Notes under the pieces: generated by a model
What the model saw: the letters and a program-made list of their open reading frames with translations, nothing else
Database searches by the model: none
What the model was told of the DNA's origin: nothing
Made by a program: the position numbers and the translations under genes
Shown: piece after piece, positions 1-9,413 of the stretch
Layout of the letters: every line of letters starts with the position of its first letter
Position numbering within the stretch: the stretch's first letter is position 1
NCBI GenBank assembly: GCA_027022365.1
Contig: JALVYU010000031.1
Location: forward strand, 352,001 to 416,000
Direction of reading: 5' to 3'
DNA: 64,000 nt
DNA from: Desulfurococcales archaeon
GTDB taxonomy: Archaea > Thermoproteota > Thermoprotei_A > Sulfolobales > Desulfurococcaceae

Positions 1-317
1 CCTGTGAATATAAGCAACATGTATAGGGTCTCATATGCGTCGGGATAAAGAGCTGATAAGATAGAGTAAGCTATCAATGATATGATCATCAGGAGGAATG
101 AATAGATGATGTACTTGTAGTATATTGTGAGCCTCGGCTCTACAAGCTTAAAACTATGTGCGTAGAATAAGATGATGATTAATCCTATAGCATATATGGC
201 TGGAGATAATATGGGGTCTAGCCATAACAATATTATGCCCACGATCTCTATGATTATGCCCGTGATCCCGACCGTTTTTAACCGTATTTGCAAGGATCCG
301 GCTCCCCGCACGATCAT
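1..317 (-). CDS. Hypothetical multi-pass membrane protein (partial, runs off left edge)
   Basis: Not in the ORF track. Manual translation from ATG at 317 gives MIVRGAGSLQIRLKTVGITGIIIEIVGIILLWLDPILSPAIYAIGLIIILFY..., open to position 1 with several hydrophobic segments. Confidence 0.65.
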   Translation of the reverse strand, partial: MIVRGAGSLQIRLKTVGITGIIIEIVGIILLWLDPILSPAIYAIGLIIILFYAHSFKLVEPRLTIYYKYIIYSFLLMIISLIAYSILSALYPDAYETLYMLLIFT

Positions 318-423
318 CCTGTTCCATATCCATGTATCATTAAGGAAAATACTCGTCTGAAACCCGAATATAATGTTATAAAAAAGGGTTCGTTCTTAAA
401 GGATTCCACTATAATAAAACGTG

Positions 424-2322
424 TTAGCCCGGCAGTAGGCCTTCTTCCTCGAGCCTGTCCGCCAGCCACTTGAGTCCTAGCTCTTCTAGTTTGGCGCGTG
501 TTGGCCTGCCTTTGATCCATCCGCGTAGCTTGTAGTATTCGGGTAGCATCTCGTGTAGTCTGACCACGTGTCCTTTGCTAGGTCCCTCTTTGATTGGTTC
601 TTCGAGTAGGCGCTTCGGCAGGGTATCGTATTCTTCGCCGTCGCCGAAGCTTAGGACGTTGAATGCTCTCTCAGCATTATATATTCTCTCGCCCGTCTTC
701 ATGACGTCTTCCTTGGTGTAGTTCCAGCCAACTACTGCTGATATTATTTTGGCGTAGTCTTCGGCCCATACTGCGAAGGTGCTGAACTTACAGACGATCA
801 TCGAGTCCACTACTGCGAATACGTCCTGGAACTCTTTGACTAGAGCTGGTTTGCCCTTGGTCTCGAACCTGTCGACTAGTGTTGGTACACCCAGTACCTC
901 CGGGCTTATCATGTAGGCTCTCAGGTGGCATCCTCCACGGTTGCTGGTCGCGTATCCTAGTCCGTGGCCTTGTGCGCCGCGCGGGTCATATGCTGGTAGT
1001 TCTTGTTTGCGGACCGACATGCTGACCTCTGGCGCCCCGTATTTCTGGCAGAGCCTGTAGCTACCCTCTGCTAGGTCGTCGCCGATGCCGCTCCTGTATG
1101 CTATCCTCCATGTCAGCTCGACTATTACTTCTGGGGTGCCCCACTTCGCGTGGAGGCCTCGTAGTTTCTCCTCAGGTATCTTGCCTAGCTCTACCAGTTC
1201 TAGGAAGGCCGCTATGGTTGCTCCGGTGCTTATCGTGTCTAGTCCCAGCTCATTGGCTAGGTAGTTTGCCTTCATGATCGCGTGCATGTCGAATATTCCG
1301 GTGTCTGCTCCGAACGCCCAGATTGTCTCGTATTCGGGGCCACCGCCTTCTCCGCTGAACGGGCTCTTGGCCTTTGTGTAGCGGGCACATGTGATCATGC
1401 ATCCCCAGCACGCCTCCTCTAGGCTCTTCTTCTTGTCGAGGTATTTCTCGGCCATTGTTTCTCCGCTTATCTTGTCGGCGTGGGGGAACACGCTTTCCCT
1501 GAAGTTCTTGGTGGGGAATATTCCTGCGTTGTTGATTATGTTGACGAGGACTGCTGTTCCGAGCTTGGGTAATCCCTCGCTCGTCACGGGGTTCTCGCGG
1601 TGTTTGCGGGCTGCCTCCTTGGCTACTTCTCTGAATAACGCCTCGTTCGCTATCTTGGGCTTCTCGTGTCCCAGGACAGCTATTGCTTTGACTTTCTTAC
1701 TGCCCATTACTGCTCCGTGCCCGCCTCTGCCCGCGGCCCTGTTCTTATCGTTCATTATGGCGGCGAACCTGACGAGGTTCTCGCCGGCAGGGCCTATTGC
1801 CGCGACCTTTATGTTCTTGGCCTCGTCTCTACCTATTTCGGCTGAGAGCTCCTCTATGATCTTGTCTGTCGTGTGGTGGACGTCTAGCCCCCAGAGATGG
1901 TGGGCGTCCCTGATCTCGGCTTTCCCGTCATGTATCCATATGTAGACGGGCTTCTCCGTGGTCTCCTCGAGTATGATCCCGTCGAACCCCGCGAACTTCA
2001 GCATGGGCCCGAATTTCCCGCCGCTCTGGCTATCGTGGATCGTATCTGTCAATGGGCTCTTGGTTACACTGCACCATCTACCGCTCTCGGGGACACCAGC
2101 TACCCCTGTTACCGGGCCTGTTAGGACGAACAACTTGTTGCTGGGACTGAGCGGGTCACATCGTGGCGGGATCTCTTTGAGCGCTAGATAGACTCCTAGG
2201 CCTCTACCGCCGATCCACATCTTGAGAACATTCTCGGGCGGAAGGGGCTCAATTCTTATCTTCTCGTTCCAGAGGTTAATACGAGCTAGTCTGCCCATGT
2301 AGCCTCCTAGCAAGAATTCCAT
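424..2322 (-). CDS. aor: Tungsten-containing aldehyde:ferredoxin oxidoreductase (AOR family)
   Basis: 632 aa with AOR motifs GGRGLG, KSPLT, AAGRGGHGAVMGSKKVKAI, CxxCxxxC, GPEYET, GLDTIS, DPRG and SNRGGCH. Confidence 0.95.
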   Translation of the reverse strand: MEFLLGGYMGRLARINLWNEKIRIEPLPPENVLKMWIGGRGLGVYLALKEIPPRCDPLSPSNKLFVLTGPVTGVAGVPESGRWCSVTKSPLTDTIHDSQSGGKFGPMLKFAGFDGIILEETTEKPVYIWIHDGKAEIRDAHHLWGLDVHHTTDKIIEELSAEIGRDEAKNIKVAAIGPAGENLVRFAAIMNDKNRAAGRGGHGAVMGSKKVKAIAVLGHEKPKIANEALFREVAKEAARKHRENPVTSEGLPKLGTAVLVNIINNAGIFPTKNFRESVFPHADKISGETMAEKYLDKKKSLEEACWGCMITCARYTKAKSPFSGEGGGPEYETIWAFGADTGIFDMHAIMKANYLANELGLDTISTGATIAAFLELVELGKIPEEKLRGLHAKWGTPEVIVELTWRIAYRSGIGDDLAEGSYRLCQKYGAPEVSMSVRKQELPAYDPRGAQGHGLGYATSNRGGCHLRAYMISPEVLGVPTLVDRFETKGKPALVKEFQDVFAVVDSMIVCKFSTFAVWAEDYAKIISAVVGWNYTKEDVMKTGERIYNAERAFNVLSFGDGEEYDTLPKRLLEEPIKEGPSKGHVVRLHEMLPEYYKLRGWIKGRPTRAKLEELGLKWLADRLEEEGLLPG

Positions 2323-2589
2323 CCCCAGTTTATGGTTTTGTAAACGTTTTTCTAAAACTTTTCGTTAGTAACATACAGATTATTATCTGTTGATAAACTG
2401 TTCGTCTTTCTGTATATTTTGTTTGATTCCACGGTTTTCCCACTAAAACATGTCAATGAAAAAAGGTTGAACACATTGAATCATATAGATAAGTATATTT
2501 TTCATATAAAAACAGAAACAGTAATAAACTCGATGAAACATCGGAAAATAATGAATAAAAGTTCATCAAATAAAAAGGAGGCGAAGAAT

Positions 2590-2982
2590 ATGAGTCAAGG
2601 TCCCAAGATCATAGGTAAAGACGCTCTTGGAAGACCAATAAAAGACTTCTCAAGCATCCCGTGGTGGGGCGTACCAAGGAAACAGATACCCTGGTATCCC
2701 CGGATAAATTATGAGCGGTGTATAGGATGTGGAATATGCTTCATAACATGTGCGGGCAGAACAGTCTACGACTGGGACTTCGAGAAAATGAGGCCTATTA
2801 TCGCCAGGCCATACAACTGCATGGTCGGATGCGACACATGCGCAAAAATGTGCCCGCGCGACGCGATCATATTCCCACACCTAGGAGAACTAAGAGCATG
2901 GCGGGACAAGTACCAGGTAATAACAAAGGCGAGGAAGAAGCTCGAGGAGATCAAGAAGAAAATGGGTGAGAACAAGGGATGA
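2590..2982 (+). CDS. 2x[4Fe-4S] ferredoxin-family protein
   Basis: CIGCGICFITC and CMVGCDTCAKMCP motifs. GGAGG lies just before ATG 2590, so the track start at 2419 is probably too long. Confidence 0.88.
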   Translation: MSQGPKIIGKDALGRPIKDFSSIPWWGVPRKQIPWYPRINYERCIGCGICFITCAGRTVYDWDFEKMRPIIARPYNCMVGCDTCAKMCPRDAIIFPHLGELRAWRDKYQVITKARKKLEEIKKKMGENKG

Positions 2983-3299
2983 GCAAGGAGTTACCGACAC
3001 CTATGAAAACACTTGGTGAAGTATCAGCCGAGCTACTAGAGGCTTTCAAGAAGCTTAGAGAAGTTGCACAGAAGCCCGGCAGACTGGATAAAAAGACCAA
3101 GCGGCTAGCGTTGACTGCTGCGTATGCGTCTATAGGATGCGTTGATTGTCTCGCGGGATGTATTATCGAGGGGCTTAGAGAAGGAATAGATCTCAATGAA
3201 CTATTGGAAGCGGCATCGATAGCAGTTCTTGTTCATGGTGCTGAAGCGGTTATAACGATCCATAAAGCGGTCAGCATAGTGAAGACCAAGATGAAATAA
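2979..3299 (+). CDS. Carboxymuconolactone decarboxylase/AhpD-family protein
   Basis: 106 aa with LDKKTKRLALTA, CVDC (CxxC) and ELLEAASIA; ATGA-type overlap with the ferredoxin gene. Confidence 0.8.
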   Translation: MSKELPTPMKTLGEVSAELLEAFKKLREVAQKPGRLDKKTKRLALTAAYASIGCVDCLAGCIIEGLREGIDLNELLEAASIAVLVHGAEAVITIHKAVSIVKTKMK

Positions 3300-3316
3300 T
3301 ACACTTACACAGCATA

Positions 3317-3892
3317 TTATTTAAAAAAGGTTTTCTCCCGGGGATAAAACATCTTCTTGACTATATCACCATACTTCTCGGGCGGTATACACTCATGTGG
3401 AGTTAGAACATAACATATCAATGAACCTATGAGGCTCCTAATCCTTACACGTTCTTCTACACCATCGTTTCCATAAACTTTCCTGGCAAGAATAGTTATC
3501 GTTGAGCTACATAGCCTGGAGATCTCCCGGTCTATCTCTTCGTCGAGGGCTTGGTAGGAAAACGTGAACAGCAGTAGTCTCCTCATGCGTTTGTCATAGT
3601 ATTTCTCTAGAAAACCGTAGACTATGCAGTCAATAAGCTCTTTTCCCTCATATTTATCTGCGCATTCCTCGAGAAGTGTGCGTGGTAGAACTCTGAGAGC
3701 GACTTCTCTTATTAGGTTCTTCTTTGACTTGAAATACCAGAATATAAGGCCCTTGGAAACACCTGCTCTGACCGCGATCTCGTCTATGCTTGCCCCACTG
3801 TACCCCTTCTCCGAGAACACGTCAATGGCCGCATCAACGATCTTATCTCGTGTGTTACTCAACACTTCTTCCCTATGAACATCTTGTAACAT
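3317..3892 (-). CDS. TetR/AcrR-family transcriptional regulator
   Basis: N-terminal HTH TRDKIVDAAIDVFSEKGYSGASIDEIAVRAGVSKGLIFWYFKSK. Confidence 0.93.
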   Translation of the reverse strand: MLQDVHREEVLSNTRDKIVDAAIDVFSEKGYSGASIDEIAVRAGVSKGLIFWYFKSKKNLIREVALRVLPRTLLEECADKYEGKELIDCIVYGFLEKYYDKRMRRLLLFTFSYQALDEEIDREISRLCSSTITILARKVYGNDGVEERVRIRSLIGSLICYVLTPHECIPPEKYGDIVKKMFYPREKTFFK

Positions 3893-3952
3893 AGCATAAT
3901 TACAATATATATAAAGTAGAAAAATAGTGTTTTATCAGATAAAAACCCCGTC

Positions 3953-4936
3953 CTAATAAGTTTGCGTGTTTTTTATCCTTGCTAATACGTGGAGATACAG
4001 GATACAGAGTACAGGCTGGATTGCAGGGATTATTGCCGGGGCTACCGTGGCAGCTCCGCCCAGTGCGACCGCTGAGATTATTGTCGCAGCGCTCTCGTTC
4101 TTAGATATACTGACATACGCTATTGCTGTGTGTTCACCATATCTTATTCCGAGTATTCTAGTGATGATCCACAATATACCGAGAACGACGAGTATGATTG
4201 ATGCTTGGCCGAAAATTATTGTGGCTGCTATGTATGGCTTATTCACGATTATCGGAGCCTTACTCATTATCAGCAAGAATATCAGTGATAGCATACAAGT
4301 CATCGTTATGAATGATAGGTAGGGCCCGATCCTTCTCTCATCCACCTGTTTCTTATGTATAAGGTAGTATCGGGTTATCTGGCCCAGTACTAGAGGCGTG
4401 ATGAGAGCTATCAGCATAGACACTGCTATTTTAGATACAGGTATTCTCACCATTTCAAGGCTTCCGTAATATTCCAGATAAAGTGGCCCAACGAAGAGCG
4501 AGCCGAGGATCGTTATGAAGACTAGAGATGTAGCCAGCTCAATGCTCCCCTCGGCTAACAATACGTAGCCCACTGACGCACTGCTGGCAGGAACAATATT
4601 TGCCGCAACGTATCCCAGCCTTATAGTTGGGTCTGGGAGATAATTCGCTATCAGCATTGATAGAGCTGGTGCTATGATAAGTGTTAGGAGGATTGCTGTT
4701 AGAAGTGACTTGGTATCTCTCAGCGCTCCACCTATCTTTTCTAATCGTAGCTTTATCATCGATGGGTAGAGTGTCGATATCGCTAAGATTATTATGATGT
4801 ACTTTAGTAGCTCCTTGTGCTGCTTTACCGCCGGTGCTATATAGTATCCGGTTATAGTGCCCGCTATTAGGGCTACTATTGTTAGTACAAGAAGGTATTT
4901 CTTCATTATTGCTTCTATTGTTGTTATTTTAGCCAT
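3953..4936 (-). CDS. BASS/ACR3-superfamily secondary transporter
   Basis: About 10 TM helices with YPSM, PASSAS and SKNES motifs. GGTGA precedes ATG 4936 (track start 4948). Confidence 0.8.
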   Translation of the reverse strand: MAKITTIEAIMKKYLLVLTIVALIAGTITGYYIAPAVKQHKELLKYIIIILAISTLYPSMIKLRLEKIGGALRDTKSLLTAILLTLIIAPALSMLIANYLPDPTIRLGYVAANIVPASSASVGYVLLAEGSIELATSLVFITILGSLFVGPLYLEYYGSLEMVRIPVSKIAVSMLIALITPLVLGQITRYYLIHKKQVDERRIGPYLSFITMTCMLSLIFLLIMSKAPIIVNKPYIAATIIFGQASIILVVLGILWIITRILGIRYGEHTAIAYVSISKNESAATIISAVALGGAATVAPAIIPAIQPVLCILYLHVLARIKNTQTY

Positions 4937-4946
4937 TTTGTTCACC

Positions 4947-4968
4947 ATTGACTGACTGGTCAGTCAAT
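4947..4968. promoter_or_regulatory. Perfect inverted repeat, putative TetR operator
   Basis: ATTGACTGAC-TG-GTCAGTCAAT (10-bp arms) between an AT-rich TATA-like tract (~4985-5000) and the start of the transporter-tetR unit. Confidence 0.75.
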
Positions 4969-5034
4969 TAGAGAATCGATAAAGTAATTTAAAAATATTT
5001 CGAACTTCATATGAGTTATATTATAATAGAATGG

Positions 5035-5597
5035 CTAGAAGCTAGAGAACATGATACTGGCTACCACGTATAATCGATTACATAAACGCTCCAAGTCACG
5101 TAGGCCTCTCTCATCCTTCAGCGCATCACCGTACTTGTATCCTCTAATCCTTGCACCTCTGGCAGAGAATCGTCTCGTGTTTCAACCCCCACGAATATAT
5201 GGGCTGTATTGCTGTATCCAAGCCATATCCCCTTCCGACGACAATAGCTCCGAGAATCTTGGTTTTGAGAAATCCTCTGATACACCATGTTCTATCCATG
5301 ATTTTTTTTCACTAGTGCCGTGGCGTTGTCAAAGTATACTGGAAAGGACACTATAATTATATGAGCCTTCATTATTATTGGTATTATCTTCTCGGTCATA
5401 TCATCCATAATACAGCACTTCTTTATTTCAACACATCTCCTACATCCCATGCGCTCGCCGAAACGATATTCTCTAAGCCTTATAAGGTAGACATGAATGC
5501 CTTTACGCTGAAGGTGCCCAGCAGCATTCACGGCTAATAGCTCTGTATTGCTCCTAGCTCTAGTTGACCCTGTAATGATGGCAGTCCTCAGCACCAC
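5035..5597 (-). pseudogene. Iron-sulfur flavoprotein/NADPH-dependent FMN reductase pseudogene
   Basis: GSTRARSNT, xMGCRRC...C.IMDDM and PVYFDN, then a frameshift in an A8 tract (~5302-5309) continuing IMDRTWCIRG...VVGRGYG, and a second frameshift near 5160. The first cluster Cys is replaced by Arg. Confidence 0.8.
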
Positions 5598-5943
5598 TTC
5601 CTCGGCACCCCTGACCAATGTACTCAGTTGCTTCTCCATTCAAGAACTTTCTTATAGCCTCATCAGCATTAAGAGCCCCAACGATAAATATCTTAACATT
5701 ATTTCTACGGAGAAAATCCAAGGCCTTAAAACCTATACCGCCCTGCTCCGGCAGAAGGACAGCGTCGACAAGGCCCGCAAAGTACTGGCCTGCCGGGATG
5801 CCGTGCCCACGAGGATTCTCCATACATTTCACCATAATAGTATCGTTATTGCGTATATCCACGACTATGAAGCCGCCTGCCCTACCAAAATGTGGAGAGA
5901 GCCTTTTTGTTGTGCATTCTTCTACCGGGATCAATACCTTCAT
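5560..5943 (-). CDS. NifB/NifX-family (dinitrogenase FeMo-cofactor domain) protein
   Basis: LSPHFGRAGGFIVVD and GGIGFKA motifs, 127 aa. Confidence 0.85.
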   Translation of the reverse strand: MKVLIPVEECTTKRLSPHFGRAGGFIVVDIRNNDTIMVKCMENPRGHGIPAGQYFAGLVDAVLLPEQGGIGFKALDFLRRNNVKIFIVGALNADEAIRKFLNGEATEYIGQGCRGSGAEDCHHYRVN

Positions 5944-6039
5944 GGCTCACCGCCACTTAGATAACTACATAGTATGTATAATATAAAATAGACTATCCTC
6001 ATATGATATAAAATAAAGATAAAACTACAATCACAACTA

Positions 6040-6451
6040 AGCAATACCCTAGCCTTCTCAAATCGTTTATTACTGGCTTCATCTCATCTTCTTGCTTTTT
6101 AAAGAGAGGCGTGACATTCACTGCTTTTGCAGTTGCTATAACGTATGTTTCTTTAATTCCCCAGCTCTTAATGCTATATCTTCATCTACGCTAATCACAT
6201 ATGTTTTACTTCTAATTCATTCTGTAAAATCAAGTGCCTCTTTATTGGGTTTATTTACTCCTGAAGCCTCGTATATTCTTGAGGCAATATAAAGTATAAA
6301 GTGTTTCACTTAGAGTAACAGTATTTACATACAGATCCAACTGTCTGGCCTTGGTTTTTCTCGAATAATCTGGTAACTACAGACCTATAAGGGGCTCCCT
6401 CATGATTGTATATTCTATAATTACACTCGTGTCAAGAACCAACATTCTCAC
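6040..6451 (-). pseudogene. vapC: PIN-domain (VapC) toxin pseudogene
   Basis: Begins MLVLDTSVIIEY overlapping the antitoxin stop. Later frames give LYVNTVTLSETLY, DEDIALRAGELKK and YVIATAKA. Contains frameshifts and an internal TGA; 3' end approximate. Confidence 0.75.
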
Positions 6452-6689
6452 TATAAATCATTTCTCTATATCTCTTTGTTTCGAGACTATCCTCCTTGCG
6501 GAGAAGTTCGAAGACAATCCTCGAGTCAACATCAACGACTCTAGGCTTTAAAGCCCTAAGGAGAATCTTATCACTAGCAACATCTATCATAACCTCATCC
6601 TCCCCATCAATGCCCGTTGCTTCCCTAAGATTTTTTGGCAAAACTATCACATCCTTCTTACGGACATTCAAAACAACTCTCATATACAT
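6432..6689 (-). CDS. AbrB/MazE/SpoVT-family antitoxin
   Basis: VRKKDVIVLPKNLREATGIDGEDEV pattern, directly upstream of the PIN relic. Confidence 0.8.
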   Translation of the reverse strand: MYMRVVLNVRKKDVIVLPKNLREATGIDGEDEVMIDVASDKILLRALKPRVVDVDSRIVFELLRKEDSLETKRYREMIYSENVGS

Positions 6690-7215
6690 TCTTAATTAAA
6701 ACCTTAATTAAAACATGGTAAAAAACGAACGAATATAGTTAAACCATACCTAGCAAGTACATCCTAGATAGTATAGTTAGACACTGATCCAACAAGACTA
6801 TCCTGGTCTTTTAGCTATTCCTCTAACGATATATTGAGCTACATTTCTTTCTGTGCACTCATTATCGATTATGTATGGGTTCGCAGTGTCATGTCTAGAG
6901 GCTATTATCTCACCTAGTAGGGCATTACTTCAAGACAATTATATTCAAGGAGAAGAGTAGTGCAATCCGGTACTAGGCGGTGCAATCTAGCAATCTAGAA
7001 ATATATTTCAACGCTAGACCGATTATGGTTCTCCTTTGTTTCCTGCCCCTTTAAGACTATTTTCTGGGGAACAGGTATTCTAGAAGGAGAGGTCTATATC
7101 GTTTGTTCTATTATGGTTTTAGCTTGTATTGATACGGATGGTATTACTGCTTATTATATATTATTATGTATTATCCTATCCGTAGTGAATCTCGTAGGGA
7201 GGTGCTATTGCTGCT

Positions 7216-7482
7216 GTGAAAATACGTGTTAAGGTCTTCTTCACGCTGAGAGAGAGGCTCGGCTGGAAGGAAAAACTGGTGGAGCTACCGGAGAATGCCA
7301 AGCTTAAGGACCTGCTGGATCTCCTACCCGCGATTAAGGAGGAGATCAACCGATATAGAGTCAGGGGCTACAACATGATAATAATGATTAATGGGAGACA
7401 CGCCGAGTTCCTTGGAGGGCTCGACGCTGAACTCCATGAAGGGGATGAGGTTGCCTTCTTCCCGCCGGCTGCTGGTGGATAA
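7216..7482 (+). CDS. moaD: MoaD/ThiS ubiquitin-like sulfur carrier (SAMP1-like)
   Basis: 88 aa beta-grasp pattern ending LHEGDEVAFFPPAAGG; GGAGGT upstream. Confidence 0.9.
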   Translation: MKIRVKVFFTLRERLGWKEKLVELPENAKLKDLLDLLPAIKEEINRYRVRGYNMIIMINGRHAEFLGGLDAELHEGDEVAFFPPAAGG

Positions 7483-7509
7483 AAGTTATGAAAAATACTC
7501 CCTGGGTTT

Positions 7510-8289
7510 CTAGCTTGATATTATTATTGGTCTTAGAGACGATAGGATGACCGCGCGGGCTAATGGTGTCAGCATGTAGCCCCTAAATACTTTCTTGTAG
7601 AATATGTCCGGGTGTACTATGCAGAACCTGTAGTCCCTGAGCCCGTCCTCTATCTTCTCCTCTATTTTCCCGCTCTGTATTCTTGATAGGACTAGGTGTT
7701 TGTAGCGTAGATCCTTCCTTCCCCTCAGGTATTTCTCGATCTCCTCTGGGCTCGGCTTATGGGTGAAGGCCAGCTCCACGGTATCGATGTCCACTAAGCT
7801 AGTATACCCCGTGTGGAACCTATAGGGCGGCTTATCCTTGGCGAGAATAAGTATGTCGCGGCTCTTACCGATCCTTGTCTGCGGGGTATAAAGGATCAGG
7901 CTAGTCCTCCCCTCAAGTACGGGCTTGGCAACTGCAACCAATAATCTCTTGCTCGGCGGCAACTGCAACGGTATAAATACGGTCTCATACGTGTACTCCT
8001 CAAGATACCTCCTAAGAGCCTCGCCTGGCTTCCCCCTAATAATGTCCCTTCCCGCAACCTCGATACCCTTGGCCCCCAGGATTTCCTCGGCCCTAGCGAA
8101 TTCTTTCTCGAGCTTTCTCATGACTACATCCACATATAATTTATTGAGCACCGCCCTGCCTCTGAGGCAAGGTATAACACCAACCATGTAAACGTCATGG
8201 CCGGGGAGAAGCACATCAATGTCGCGAAGCATGTTCTCTATAGATTCCCACTCACCATAAACAACGATCAACGCACGTGACCTAGGCAT
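7510..8289 (-). CDS. Hypothetical protein with universal-stress-protein-like N-terminal domain
   Basis: USP-like pattern ALIVVYG...VYMVGVIP...IIRGKPGEALRRY; weak similarity. Confidence 0.5.
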   Translation of the reverse strand: MPRSRALIVVYGEWESIENMLRDIDVLLPGHDVYMVGVIPCLRGRAVLNKLYVDVVMRKLEKEFARAEEILGAKGIEVAGRDIIRGKPGEALRRYLEEYTYETVFIPLQLPPSKRLLVAVAKPVLEGRTSLILYTPQTRIGKSRDILILAKDKPPYRFHTGYTSLVDIDTVELAFTHKPSPEEIEKYLRGRKDLRYKHLVLSRIQSGKIEEKIEDGLRDYRFCIVHPDIFYKKVFRGYMLTPLARAVILSSLRPIIISS

Positions 8290-8389
8290 GACTCACCACG
8301 AAGGATAATATGAGTCACTATATTCTTGATCAAGCGGATAAATAATATTATTCTTTATAAGGAACAACAGTATTGAAGAGGTGCAATAA

Positions 8390-9139
8390 TTGGATTTAAC
8401 CTCATATCTTCTTCACCCGAGAGACGAGTTCGATAAGATAAGCAAAAAGATCCCTATGAGTTTCGTCGAGGAAGTAATAGAGGTTGAACCACTTGATGAG
8501 TTTACCGCACAGTTACCCGAGGATCTACCTTTGGTGCTGGAGAGGGCTGGTCATGGCCTTCATTTCGTGGTGATCAAAATCGGTGAGAAAACCTATAAGC
8601 TACTCCTAAGCGGAGCCAGAATAGCAAATATATCATTATTCCATGGAGGGGAGGAAGTTAGCGGTCTTAGGGCGTTTGAGAAACTATTTAAAGAGCAGGG
8701 CCCAGCACTGATCTACGTTTATCGCGTACACCCACCGACAGCAAAGGCGATTAAATCCCTCATGTCAGGCTACGAGCCCATGGATAGGATACATGAGGAA
8801 ATGATATCGCTAGCCAATAGCATCATAATAGAAACAATCCTTGGTAGACTTGGAGAGGCAAGAAAAGCGTTGAAGAATCTATACAGACATACAGTAGACA
8901 AGCATTTTCCCTTCGAAGAGAATCTTATGAAGCGATACAACTACCCCAACATCTATGAACACATAAAGTATCATAAACTCTACAGGGAAGCACTAGAGCA
9001 GATCATGACGCTGGCCGCGAAAGAACAGTACATGGATATGATCTACGAACTACTAACAACGTTTGACTCGTACCTAAAATACATGGGAGACGAGGACAAG
9101 AGGCTGGCCAGATACATCAAGATGATAATAAACAAATAA
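8390..9139 (+). CDS. Hemerythrin-domain protein with N-terminal DUF2226/PATAN-like domain
   Basis: C-terminal MDRIHEEM, KHFPFEENLMKRYNYP, EHIKYH and xDED hemerythrin pattern. N-terminal alpha/beta domain ends GLRAFEKL...ALIYVYRV. Confidence 0.75.
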   Translation: MDLTSYLLHPRDEFDKISKKIPMSFVEEVIEVEPLDEFTAQLPEDLPLVLERAGHGLHFVVIKIGEKTYKLLLSGARIANISLFHGGEEVSGLRAFEKLFKEQGPALIYVYRVHPPTAKAIKSLMSGYEPMDRIHEEMISLANSIIIETILGRLGEARKALKNLYRHTVDKHFPFEENLMKRYNYPNIYEHIKYHKLYREALEQIMTLAAKEQYMDMIYELLTTFDSYLKYMGDEDKRLARYIKMIINK

Positions 9140-9413
9140 GTATCCCATAGAAAAAACACGGACATCCTCTCATGATAGCTTGGCTGACAGCAATGTAGTT
9201 ATGGAAGTATAAAAGGGGTTTTCTGTAGTTGTTGGCTACAGGGAGCGCCCAATAAATCCCAGGCGAGGCCAGACGGCGGCTCGAGATCACTAGGATTTAA
9301 CTCGCTAACCACAGTAGGGGGTATTCATGGAAACGGCTGGATAATCCTGCCTGGCCTTGTCATGGTGGAGTCGGCGAAGCTGATCGCGTGAATAAAAACC
9401 AGGGTATGCATCC

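Noticed and set aside
1391-1945. Long antisense ORFs inside aor, and similar ones within gor, the opp genes, the helical-repeat gene, cooS and cooC
   Set aside because: Shadow frames of well-supported genes with no motifs of their own.
5302-5309. A8 tract in the flavoprotein as a programmed frameshift or phase-variation site
   Set aside because: A second frameshift and a lost Cys ligand point to ordinary decay.
5560-5943. NifB/NifX-family gene as evidence of nitrogen fixation
   Set aside because: The family is widespread in non-diazotrophic archaea and no nifHDK genes are in the window.
6700-7200. Possible membrane-transporter remnant
   Set aside because: Only short hydrophobic fragments broken by many stops; cannot be assigned.
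8289-8317. TGACTCA-n15-TGAGTCA inverted repeat between the USP-like and hemerythrin genes
   Set aside because: 7-bp arms with a long spacer can arise by chance, and no second copy was seen.
9240-9390. Moderately GC-rich intergenic stretch as a possible ncRNA
   Set aside because: No convincing cloverleaf, C/D boxes or extended stems seen.
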